Assembly: GCF_018350175.1 (NCBI RefSeq)
Contig: NC_058369.1
Span: forward strand, 2,544,001 to 2,608,000
Direction: 5' to 3'
DNA length: 64,000 nucleotides
Source of the DNA: Felis catus
Taxonomy: Eukaryota
Shown here: positions 24,192-35,385 of the stretch, piece after piece
How the letters are laid out: each line of letters begins with the position of its first letter
Position numbering within the stretch: the stretch's first letter is position 1
Notes under the pieces: generated by a model
Databases searched by the model: none
The model's input: only the letters and a program-made list of their open reading frames with translations
What the model was told of the DNA's origin: nothing
Program-made: the position numbers and the translations under genes

Positions 24192-24380
24192 GCACTGGTT
24201 CTCAACCAGGAGCGATTTCAGCCCCAGGGGTATTCGGCGATGTCTGCAGACATTTTTGATCATTATAACTCAGGGGAGGAGATGACTGAAATCTAGTTAG
24301 GGATACCCCTCAGCACGCTCCAATGCACAGAGGGCCGCCCCCTCAGCAAAGAATGATCCAGCCCAAAGTGTCGATAAGGA
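24192..24380. mobile_element. MER20-like hAT fossil (a second copy at ~48170-48300)
   Basis: cactggttctcaacc...gatgtctgcagacattttt...aaagaatgatccagcccaaa. Confidence 0.7.
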
Positions 24381-24421
24381 AAAAAGCTCTTTTGTGTGCT
24401 GTTTTTGAGAGCATACGTCTT

Positions 24422-24817
24422 TTTTAATTTAATTTAATTTAATTTAATTTAATTTAATTTAATTTTTTTAAATTTACATCCAAGTTAATTAGCATACAGT
24501 GCAGCAATGATTTCAGGAGTAGATTCTTTAATGCCCCTCCCCCATTTGGCCCATCCCCCCTCCCACCACCCCTCCAGTAACCCTCTGTTTGTTCTCCATA
24601 TTTAAGAGTCTCTTATGTGTTGTGCCCCTTTCTGTTTTTATATTATTTTTGCTTCCCTTCCCTTATGTTCATCTGTTTTGTGTCTTAAAGTCCTCATATA
24701 AGCGAAGTCATAGGAGTTTTGTCTTTCTCTAATTTCACTTCACATAATCCCCTCCGGTTCCATCCACATAGTTGCAAATGGCAAGATTTCATTCTTTTTG
24801 ATTGCCGAGTAATACTC

Positions 24818-24863
<46 letters not shown>

Positions 24864-25927
24864 TACACATCTTCTTTATCCACTCATCCATCGATGGATG
24901 GACATTCGGGCTCTTTCCAGACTTTGGCTATTGTCGATAGTGCTGCTATAAACACTGGGGTGCATGTGTCCCTTCGAAACAGCACATCTGTATCCCGTGG
25001 ATAAATGCCTAGTAGTGCAATTGCTGGGTCGTAGGGTAGTTCTATTTTTAGTTTTTTGAGGAACCTCCATACTGTTTTCTAGAGTGGCTGCACCAGCTTG
25101 CATTCCCAGCAACAATGCAAAAGAGATCCTCTCTCTCCGCATCCTCACCAACATCTGTCGTTGCCTGAGTTGTTACTGTTGGCCATTCTGACAGGTGTGA
25201 GGGGGTATCTCATGGTGGTTTTGATTCGTATTTCCCTGATGATGAGTGATGTTGAGCATTTTGTCATGTGTTGATGGCCATCTGGATGTCTTCCTTGGAG
25301 AAGTGTCTATTCATGTCTTTCGCCCATTTCTTCACTGGACTATTTGGTTTTTTTGGGTGTTGAGTTTGATAACTTCTTTACAGATTTTGGATACCAACCC
25401 TTTATCTGACGTGTCGTTTGCAAATATCTTCTCCCATTCCGTCAGTCGCCTTTTAGTTTCGCCGATTGTTTCCTTCACTGCGCAGAAGCTTTTTATTTTG
25501 ATGAGGTCCCAGTAGTTCATTTTTGCTTTGGTTTCCCTTGCCTCCGGAGACGTGTTGAGTAAGAAGTTGCTGCGGCCAAAGTCAAAGAGATTTTTGCCTG
25601 CTTCCTCCCTGAGGATTTTGATGGCTTCCTGTCTTACGCTTAGGTCTGTCATCCATGTCGAGTTTATTTTTGTGTCTGGTGTGAGAAAGTGGTCCAGGTT
25701 CATTCTTCTGCCTGTCGCTGTCCGGTTTTCCCAGCACCGCTTGCTGAAGCGACTGTCTTCCTTCCATGGGATCTTCTTTCCTGCTTTGTCAAAGATGAGT
25801 TGGCCATACGATTAGTTGTGGGTCCGTTTCTGGGCTCTCTATCCTGTTCCACTGATCTGAGTGTCTGTTCTTGGGCCAGTGCCATCCTGTCCTGATGACT
25901 ACAGCTTCGTAATACATCCTGAAGTCC
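24422..25927 (-). mobile_element. 5'-truncated carnivore LINE-1 (ORF2 C-terminus, 3' UTR, patterned A-tail)
   Basis: Minus-strand ORF fragments are L1 ORF2 (…WDLIKIKSFC…EWEKIFAND…). (TTTAA)n tail at 24422-24470. TSD GAGCATACGTCTT (24409-24421) and GAGCACACGTCTT (25928-25940). Confidence 0.93.
24821..24860 (+). repeat. (TG)20 microsatellite inside the L1
   Basis: Directly visible. Confidence 0.95.
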
Positions 25928-26199
25928 GAGCACACGTCTTGTAGAGGTAACTTGGTAACCTCTGCCCCAGTGTTCAATGCAAACACGTTTTCACGAGATT
26001 CCACCTCTTGGAATATATCTTAAATGTCTGCAAAGACACGTGTGTGAGCATATGCCCCTCAAGCTCATTTATAGGGGCAAAGGGCTGGAAATAACCAAAA
26101 TAAGCCTCAAGGGGAGACGAACTTGAGGAAACCGTGGTCTGTGCTAAACAGCACGGCAGGTCCTCAAAGCCTTCAAAAGAGAATTACTACATATATGGT

Positions 26200-26700
26200 A
26201 TATACTGTACCCAGCAATTTCTCTCTGGGTCTTCATCCCCCCAAACCAAAAGCAGGTTCTTGGGGACACACTTCCACACCCATGTTCACAGCAGTGTGAT
26301 TTACAATCTGCGGACGCCGGAGTATCAGCCAGCCTCAGGAAGGAGGGACGTCCTGCCACCTGCCACCACGTGGATGGATCTGGAGGTCACTGCGCGTGGT
26401 GACAGGAGCCGGACGCAGAAGGACACGTCCTGCGTGACCCCGCCCACAGGGGGTCCCCCAGAGGAGTCCCGCTCACAGAGACAGAGAGTCGATGGCAGGG
26501 GGCAGGGAGTCCGTGCTTCACGCGGGGGGGGGGGGGGGGACGGAGTCTCGGTTTGGGGAGATGGAAAGTTCTGGAGACGGACGGCGGGGGCGGCGGCGCG
26601 GCAGCGCGAGCGCGCCTGATGCCGCTGAGCTGCGCAGTTAAAAGTGGTTACGATGGTAAGTCATAGATCATGTATAGTTCACCACAATTTTAAAAAACAA
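26200..26700 (+). mobile_element. Old L1M 3' end, GC-shifted
   Basis: cacacccatgttcacagcag; cacgtggatggatctggagg; ttaaaagtggttacgatggtaa...ttcaccacaattttaaaaaa. Confidence 0.78.
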
Positions 26701-26771
26701 CTGTCGTGCACCCATGCAACGCGCCCCTGCAGCGGTGAGCACGCTCCGGATCTTTCTAGCTGTCTAAGGGC

Positions 26772-26805
26772 TGCAGTGCTCCCAGTGCCCACGAGAGGGC
26801 AGCAC
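26772..26805 (+). promoter_or_regulatory. CTCF motif with upstream (ZF9-11) module
   Basis: TGCAGTGCTC-ccagtg-CCCACGAGAGGGCAGCA: upstream module plus core at about the expected spacing. Confidence 0.7.
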
Positions 26806-26981
26806 GCGACCAGCAGACCCGCCTTCGTGCTCGGCTCCAGGGCTTGTTTGGGTGGTGGTGTTCTGTTCCTTTTTGTGTTCTTTTCCTATGTATTTTCTAT
26901 CCTTTCTTCTCTTTACCCCATTTTTATCCTTTATCCCATTACCTTCCCTCCACGGACAAACGTCTCCAGCGTTCAGTGTGC

Positions 26982-27605
26982 GGAGGCGCCTGGGTGGCCC
27001 GTCGGTCGGGCACCCAGCTCTTGGCCTAGGCTCTGCTCATGATCTCACAGTTCGTGGGTTCGAGCCCTGCGTTGGGCTCTGCGCTGGCAGTGTGGAGCCT
27101 GCTTGGGATTCTCTGAACGGATGTTGTGGTCTTGAGTCTGAAGTGTGTAGGGCAGCCTGGGAAAGCTGGGAATTCAGGCGGGATTTCTTTACGGTCTTGA
27201 GGCAGAATTCCTTCTTCCCCAGGAACCCGGTCTTTGCCCTTAAGTTCTTCAACTGATTGGGTGAGGCCCACCCACATCACAGAGGCCCATGTCCTTCACT
27301 GAAAGCAACGGATTGTGGGGCGCCCGGGTGGCTCAGTCGGTGAAGTCATGATCTCACGGTTTGTGAGTTCGAGCCCCGCGTCGGGCTCTGGGCTGACGGA
27401 GCGGAGCCTGCTTCGGATTCTGTGTCTCCCCCTCTCTCTCTGCCCCTCCCCTGCTCATGCTGTCTCTGTCTCAAAAATAAATAAATGTAAAAAAAAATTT
27501 TTTTTTTTTTAAGCAACAGATTGTAACCGCGTCGCCACAGGTGTTTGACCGAACGGCCGGGCACCACAGCCCGGCCAGGCGGACACATGAAACCTGACCA
27601 GCACA
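26982..27605. mobile_element. Partial CanSINE (26982-27114) followed by an antisense MLT2 LTR containing a CanSINE (27317-27510)
   Basis: ttcaactgattgggtgaggcccacccacat is an MLT2 hallmark. SINE TSD AAGCAAC(G/A)GATTGT at 27303 and 27511. Confidence 0.78.
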
Positions 27606-28462
27606 GGCTGGATGCGATCCACGGGCCGCGACGTGCCCACCCCTGTATATCCGTTTCCCGGAGCCGCTGCCACAAAGCGCCCCAAACTGGGCCCCTTGGG
27701 GACCAGAAAGGGAGTGACCCGTGGTTCTGAGGCTTCCAGCCCTCAGTCAGGTGTCCGCCCGGGGGTCTCATGAGCGCCGTCAGAGGGGATCAGCTCCAGA
27801 CCTCTCTGCCTGGCCTGTAGATGCCCGCCTCCGAGTCCCCGCGGTGTTCTCCCTCCTGCACCTCTCTGCCCACCTTTGCGGGGCACGAGACACCAGGAGT
27901 TCGGCTCAGGGCCACCCCGACGATCTCGGTTGTAGCTTGATCACGTCTGCAAAGCCCCTGTCCCCATTGGGGCTCCGAAATATGAGTTTGGCAGGGGTGG
28001 GGGACACAATTGGCCTCCCAACACCCTGTGGTAAATGCGGTTGGCCCTTTCTCCCCGCTGTGTAGTATTCCCTCGTGTGAACGTACCTCCCCTTTTCATC
28101 TGTCCTGAGGTGGGTGGGCCCCCCCAGGCTGTTTCCAGGGTGGGGTTCTCCCCACAGCCGCCGGTTTCCCCCGAGGCCGTTGATAGAACCCCTGTGTTCC
28201 CCGCACGGGCTGCAGAGCTCGGGTCGCCCTGGGGGGTCTATTTGATTCCCGTAAGCATTTTGTCACCCCCTCCCCCCCCCGCCCCGCTCCAGGATGCCAT
28301 CTGTGAGGCCGGGACTCTCCTACTGCGCGGTTGACAGGTGGGGAAACTGAGGCTCGGGGGAGGACAGTACTCCGAGTCGGGGAGGGGGAGGGTGGAGGCA
28401 GGATCGGAAGCTGGGACAGAGTGACATGTTTTCGGTGGTTTGATCTCTCTCCGCTAGTCTAA

Positions 28463-28668
28463 GGCAGGAGTCGGACCCCTTCTCTGTCAAGGGGCCAGAT
28501 AGGCAGTAATTTCGGCTTTGTGTGCGGGTTGTGGTTGCCATGGCAACACAAAAGTGGCCACACGATCGCATGTGAACAAATGGGCCTGGCCACGTACCGA
28601 TAAAACTTTATTTGTGAAATCAAGTGATCGGCCAGACTTGGGCCCTGGACTCCAGTTTGCTGAGCACT
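28463..28668. mobile_element. MER58-like hAT MITE (related copies at ~39075-39487 and ~59341-59520)
   Basis: gggccagataggcagtaatttcggcttt...ataaaactttattt...cagtttgctga. Confidence 0.7.
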
Positions 28669-29699
28669 AGTCTAAATGTGTATGAAGCTCCTCACTGGGT
28701 ACTGAGCCCTGTTCCAGGCACTGGAGATCGGGCACGACAGATCCAGATCTGTGTGACCACGACAGACACGACAGACACGTAAACAGATGGGATAACATCA
28801 GACAGGCACGAGGCTGGGGAATAAAGCAGGATGGGAGGAGGGGGGCAAGGGGGAGGGGAGAAGGGAGGGCCGGAGAGAATGTTCCTGAAAGATGAGCAGA
28901 AGGCAGCCTTGAAGACACTGGGGAAGGTGTTTCAAGCAGAGGGCACAGCCCGTGCAAAGGTCCTGGGGCGGGACCGGGCCTGGCGTGATGGAAGAAGAGC
29001 CAGGAGGCCCGTGTGGCTGGAGCAGAGGGAGCTCCGGGGCGCGAGGGAGGAGGAGAGGGCAGGGAGGGGAGGGGGCAGGCCGTGTGGGGTCTTGTGGGCC
29101 ACGGGGAGAGGAGATCCGATTGTATCCGAAGGGCAATGAGGAGCCATGGAGAACTTAAGAGGCATGTTTCACGGATGGGGTGGGGTGGAGGCAGGGGTGA
29201 AACCCAGGAGGCCAGGGAGGGGCTGGAGCAGCGTCCAGCGGGCACATGGCTTCGTTTCCAGCCCCTCCATAGAGTGGAGGTCATGGCACCCACTTACACA
29301 GCAAAGCAAGAGGCCACGGGGTGTCCCCGGCCGACGCAGACGCCAAAGGGTGGGAGCAGGAACCGCGCAGCGGCGCCCGGGGACACAGGGGATGAAGCAG
29401 CCAGCGGGGGAACCCCGAAGGTTGAAAGGGCCTGGGCAGGACCCTGTCCCGCCGACCTCCCTTCCCGCTCTCGGGTTCTGTGCCAGCCACGGGGAGGGCC
29501 CCAGAAGAGGCTGCCCTCCCCCCACCCCGGGGTCCCGCTATTGTCAGGGGCAGGGTTTGGAGTCTGGAGACAGGTGGCCGAGAGGGGACCAAACGGATGG
29601 TGGGGTGGAGCGCTCGGGGCAGGGGCGGGGGCACCCTGTGGGACCGTCCGGGGCGTATCTGGGGTCAGGGAGCCTCTGCTGTCCCCTCCCCGCTTCCAG

Positions 29700-32600
29700 G
29701 AACGCCAGACACCTGCCGGGGCCAGGCTAGGAGCCGGGACAGAGTGACTTCCGGCCACTCCCTCGCCCGGTCCAGCTCCCGGCTGGCAGAGGGGAGGCCG
29801 TGACCTTTCTCCCAGATCCGGGAGCTGAGTAATGGTGACCGGAAGAGTAACTCAGCCAGCCGGGTGGCTGCAGAGCGCCCTCGGGAAGGAGGGTGCACGG
29901 GCTCGGTCCCCAGCCCCGCTGCTGGAGGCGAGGGCCGTGGGACCCGGCTGAGGGTCCTCCTGGAGCACAGGCCATGCCCCACGCCGCACCCACACTCCTC
30001 GCGGCGACACTGGCCACTCCCCGCGCCCGAGCTCCCCGCAAGGCTGATGGGAGGGTGCAGAAAGAGCCCCAGGCACCCCTGGCTGCCCCCCACCCCTGCT
30101 CCTCACACCTTGCTCCTGTGTCCAGGAGGAGGAAGTCAGCACCTTGGCCAGGAGCCTGCACATCAGGGGGTTCTGGGTTTAACCCCCCAGCTCTGTGGCT
30201 GTGTTGCTGGGTGACCTTGAGCAGGTGACCCCCTTCTTGAGGCTCGGTTTTCCTCCTCTGGAAAATGGGAACTGTGAACCGGGCTCCATGAGGCCCCCGT
30301 GCGGTAGGGGCCTGCCACTGCAGAGCGTGGTCCTGAGTGGCTATCCAACACACACGAACGGATGGGCCGCTCGCTCCCAAAAGCCGCGCGGGAGGGGTGG
30401 GGGGGGTCCCCTGGGTGCCGGGTCCTGTTCTGGACGCTGATGACAGCGGCCAGCGGGACACGCGGACGAGCGCAGTGGCCAGGAATGCTGAGCACCGCTC
30501 AGCGAACAGGCACGATCCTCGCATTTGGCACCGTTGTGACCGCGGCTGCTGGTACCCGACTAACCCAGCCCTCCAAAGCGTGCGATTATTTAGCGCCGAC
30601 TGTGGACCGCGCTCCGGCCGCGGAAGGCGGCAGGCCCGCTTCCCGGAGGACGAAGTGAGGTCTCGGGTCGGTGCGAGGCTGCAAGCCGGTTGTGCAGGCA
30701 GGGCCTGGGAGCCATCTGCCAGGTGGCGTGCTTCCGGGACCCCACCCCCTCCCCGGGCAGAACTGGCACCCTCCCAGCGGCACCTGGCCCTCCACCCCAG
30801 CTCCCCCAAGCGGGGGTCGAGTGGGCGGTGGGCCCACAGGGCTGCCTGGGGAGCGCCAGCGCCTAATCCTGGCTCAGGAGGACACGTTGTACCAGGGATT
30901 ATATAAGCCGGCCTCTCCCTTTGTTTGTTTAATTCTTTCAGGCCTCCCCCCCTCCCCTGCCCCGCCGCCCCTCCCATCCTGCCACTCTTCAATCACCCTG
31001 TTCGTGGGGGGCTGGGGGTGGGGTACTTGGGGCCTGGCCTCTTAAAGGAGGAGGGTCTGCAGCCCAACCCACACTCCTGCCTGCGCCCTGACCACCCCCT
31101 TCCCTCCCCATGAAGACCCAAGCGGGGCCTCTGACCCCCGGAGACCAACCAGGTCCAGCTGGGGTAAGGGGTGGGGGCTGGGTAGGCTGCTGGAACATAT
31201 CTGAGAGAGGGGCGCATGAGGGCCCAGAGCGAGGGCACCAAAGTCAGGCTCTGGCCCCGCTCCGACCCTGGCCGTGACTCTGCATCCAGAAAATAGGGGT
31301 CGCGAGGGTCCCGACCTCCAGGCCGTTGAGGAGACCATGCAAGGACCGTGCGTGGCGTGGACTAAGTGCTCACTTAGCACAGGCTGTTCGCTCTTATTAT
31401 GAACCCCCAGAGTGCTGACGCCACCCCCCCACATGCACCCCGGGGGGGGGGGGCGCTCGACCCCGGTGGTCCTCGCCAGGACTCGGGGTTTCCATCTGCG
31501 GAGGGGGGAGGCCGGCACCAAGCCCCCCACGGCACAGCTTCCGGGCAGTTGTCTCCAGGGAGGTCTGGGCTCAGGTCTCCACCAGCTGCGCCATCCAGGC
31601 CACTCGGCCACCCGGTGTCCCTGTCTGCGACGCGGGGATCGTGCTGACACCCCCTTCCCCTCGGGGCTCCCCGAGAGGGTTAACCGCATTCAACCGTAGA
31701 AGGTGCCGAGAGCGAGCGCTGGACACTTACGCACATGCGCCAAATAAAAGGAAGCTAGACCCGAAACGTAAGTAAATAAACCAGCCCCATTGGCCAGGCG
31801 GGCAAACCGAGGCCGCGGCTCACGTGGATGCCAAGGGCGGGGCTGGGAGCTGGGAACCTAAGCCGGCTGCCTCCGCCCCCACCCCCACCCCCCACCCCCG
31901 TGGTGCCCAGTGCAGGGCTGGAGGCACGGAGCCAGGGGGTCTGGCCCCAGCTGGCCGGATTCAGACCCCTGCGCGGTGGCCTCGAGCCAGTAACCAGGCT
32001 GGGTCACATGGGACCCGGATGGGCGGTGGTGTCGGGGTGCCCGCCCCCCCCCCCGGCCGCCCCGCCCCTCGGCACAGCCGGAAGTCGCAGTGCCAACGAA
32101 TCTCTCCCTCCGTAACCCGCTTCCTGCCGTTAGGGACCTACCTTGGCTGCCCGCCCCCACCCCCTCCCCTGCACCCCGGTCCCCGCGGGGGGCAGGGGGC
32201 TCGAGTCCTTCACCCTGACGCCCCCACCCCAGGGGAGGCAGCCCCCCAGGTGGAACAGCCGCCTCGCCGTGTCCAGGGGCCCGCCAGGCTCCCCTCCTGC
32301 CACTCGGCGGGGACACGGCTGGCTGGCCGCCTTCTCCTTGCGGCAGGAAGGGCAAGGGCGAGGGGCAGGGAGCCCCCCTGCGCAGATCCAGAGAAGCCCT
32401 GTCTGTGCCCCAGAAGGGAAGCGAACCTTTCTTTCAGAGCGGCTGCGGGGGGCGGGGCGGGGGGGGGTGATGCCCTCGGGCTCCTAAGAGGCCAACCCGG
32501 CCCTGCCAAGGACGACAGCCGCAACCATCCCGGGGCTGTGCCCATTTTACAGATGGGGAAGCAGGCACGGAGCGAGCATGCTGCCTGCCCCAGGCCACGC

Positions 32601-34850
32601 GGTCTGTAAGCAGCAGCAGGCTTTGAACCCCCGAAGGCCCGGCTGCCGCGGTCACGGGTGGGGAGGGGGGGGGGCAGGGAAGGAGGCTTTGGCGGGGGCT
32701 CTGAGGGGCCAGAAGCCACACCGGCAGCCCCCACCCCACGTTTCTGCCCCAAAGCGGATGGCCTTCTCTTCCCTGCGGCGACCCCTGCCGGGCTCGTGAG
32801 TGAGCTCCTGCTGGACAGATGGGGAAACTGAGGCCAGGAAACCGGAAGCAGCTCGTCCCCGGTTCCCACACAACAGGGGGAGATGCCCAATTTGGGTCCC
32901 CAGGCCCCGCATCTTCCAGCGGCTCCCTCCCTGAGAGATCCTGGCACGCCCGGGCCTCAGTTTCCCCATCTGAAGGGGGGTGATGCCAGGGAGATGTGGG
33001 CGGGACTCCGAGGCGGGCCCCGGGCCGGCGAGTGTGGGCAGGCCCTAGAGTGCCAGGCGGTGCCCGCGCCCACGCCCAGGCGCCCACGCCCCGGCGAGAA
33101 GGGGCTGGGCGAGGCCTCTCCCTGCCTCCCCCCTCCTCCTCGAGGTCTGGGCTTGACTCCGGCCCGGCCGCACACTCCACTCCACCGCCTTCTAGATGTC
33201 CCCGAACGTGCCAGGCTCCGCCCCGGCTCGGGACCTGTGGGAAGTCGCACAGCCCCGCTCAGCCAGGCTCCAAAGCCGCAGCGTCTGGAGACTTTCAAAG
33301 AATTCAGGGCGCCGGCTCTCTGCCGGCCAGGAGTCCCGCCACCCACGGGCGAGCGGCCACACCTGCCTGGGCCGCCATCTGCCAACCTCTTCCAGAAGTG
33401 GCATCACTCAACCCGCACTTTGCTCCGCGTCACTTTCAAGGGTGTGAAACGTGTCCGGAGGGGGAGGGAAACTGGGCAGATTTCCTGCTCCACTGAGCTC
33501 CAAGCCCGGGAAGTCCCGCCAACGGTCTAGCCCCGGTCTCTCCTGCCACTCGGCCGCCCCTCCCAGCTGTTTGGGGGGGGGGGCACAGCGTGTGGAGCCC
33601 AGAGAAGCCCTGGGAACCTGCCTGTTGCACGAGGCCCCGGAGGCCTGGAACACAAAAGCGCGCCCCTCTGGGCCTCAGTTCCCCACCTGCGAAATGGGGC
33701 GATAGGGCCACCTCCCTCACGGGGCGGCTTCGAGGGTCCGTGCAGTGAAGGGTGTCAGGGATGGGGCACAGGGTTTATGCCAGCACCGGCCGTTGGGATT
33801 CCTGTTATGACGCGAGTGAATAAGTGAGTCCGTCTACACCCCATGCGGCGCCGCGCGGTGCATTCAACCACCACCAGAGCCCGGGCTGACTAACGAGAAC
33901 AGGCACAGGCTGTGGACGCGGGGAACGGCCCCCGGGTGGGCCAACAGGCGGCGCTGTTCCAGACAAGCGAGGGGGGGCTGGGCCCCGGGAGCACGTACCG
34001 CGCATGCTCTCGGGCCAGCCGGGGCGGTCGGGGGGGGGGGGGCGGGGGCGCGTACAGCGGTCACCGGGAAAGGGACCGAGCCCCGGGCGGGAGCCGGCCT
34101 TGAGGTGGCCTCAGGTGCAAAGTGTGACCCTGGGCGGGTGCCACGGTGTGTGCATCTGTGAAATGGGTGCGTAGGAACGGCTGCGTCGGACCCGGCACAC
34201 AGTAGGTGCGCAATAAACGTCCAGTCTCAGGAGCACCCAGGGCAGCGGGGTCGGCGTGTGAGGCTCAGAGAGCCGGCCCCTGCCGCGGCCTCGGGCCTCC
34301 GCGCCGTGCGGGGCTCCGGGCCCGCCCCGGGGGGGGGGGGGGCTGAGCAGTCCGCACCCCGGCCGTGCCTGGGTTCCAGGAACCGGCAGAAGGAGCCCAG
34401 GGCAGGCCGCTGTTGCAACATCGGAGGGCGGCGTGCCGGCGTGCCCGGGCAGGGCCGCCGCCTCGGCCCGCGGGCACCGCCAGGAGAGAAAAAGCAACTC
34501 AGAAGTGGGCACCGGGACAGGCGGTGGAATCCCGGGCAGGGCACGGCCGGGCGAGAGGGCGGGCCCGGGTGGAGACTGCGCCCCGCCGCGCGGCCTATCC
34601 GGGGAAGCTGGGTACGTCCTGGCCAATGGGAGGCCCCGACGAGTCAGGCCACACCCCCAGGGGGAGCCCATTGGCCCGAGGAAAGCGTTAGGGGTGGGTC
34701 CCTCAGGTCCCTCTAATCCGGCGCCTCGCTCCCTTGCAGCGGTCCTTCTGCTGGGGCTTCCTAATATGGGGGCGCCGGGGGTTGCTCTGAGGGGGCGCGC
34801 TCAGGCCTCGTCTGTGCTCAGACATGCGTCCCTGGGCTCCTCTCACCTTA
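29700..34850. promoter_or_regulatory. Intragenic CpG-rich region with promoter/enhancer-type motifs
   Basis: Elevated CpG; CCGGAAG ETS motifs (~29839, ~32078); CCAAT boxes (~31789, ~34623, ~34670); CCACACCC at ~34649; GTAAATAAAC at ~31772. Confidence 0.5.
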
Positions 34851-35366
34851 TCAGAGCCAGAGCGGTGCTTAGAAGTTCAGTAAGTCATTCGGAAGCCACG
34901 TGAGAGACTGAGCGGGTCCGGGCAGAAGGCAGAGCCCGTGCAAAGGTCCTGGGGCAGCGCCGGGCCTGGCGTGTGGGAGCAACGGCCAGGAGGCCCGGGT
35001 GCTGGAGCCGAGTGAGCGAGGGGCGGCCAAGGAGGGGACGGGGCGGGTCCTCCCGTCGGCTGCGGAGAGGACAAAAGGAAGCCATGGAGGGCTTTAGACA
35101 GTGGGGAGATGTGACGTGCCACCTAGAGGCTGTGCGCTTTGGGGCAAAGTCCTCTCCCTCTCTGGGCCACAGGCTCAGCCATCACACGGGGGAGCGACAA
35201 TACCTCCTTGGGGAGCGATGCGAAGAGAGGCCCCAGCGAGGCGGGTGCACAGCCTTCGTGGGCTCCAGCTCTCATTAGCCCCCACCCGAAAGAGGGCACG
35301 CCCCTGGGTCGTGGGTCGTGGTCCCCGGGCTCCCGCCCTCGCCGCCACAGTCCGTCCTCCGCACGG

Positions 35367-35385
35367 CGGCCACCAGAGGGCGCCC
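35367..35385 (+). promoter_or_regulatory. CTCF core motif inside an L2 fossil
   Basis: CGGCCACCAGAGGGCGCCC, near-perfect consensus. Confidence 0.65.

Noticed and set aside
31740..31751. CArG (SRF) box
   Set aside because: CCAAATAAAAGG has eight A/T bases rather than six.
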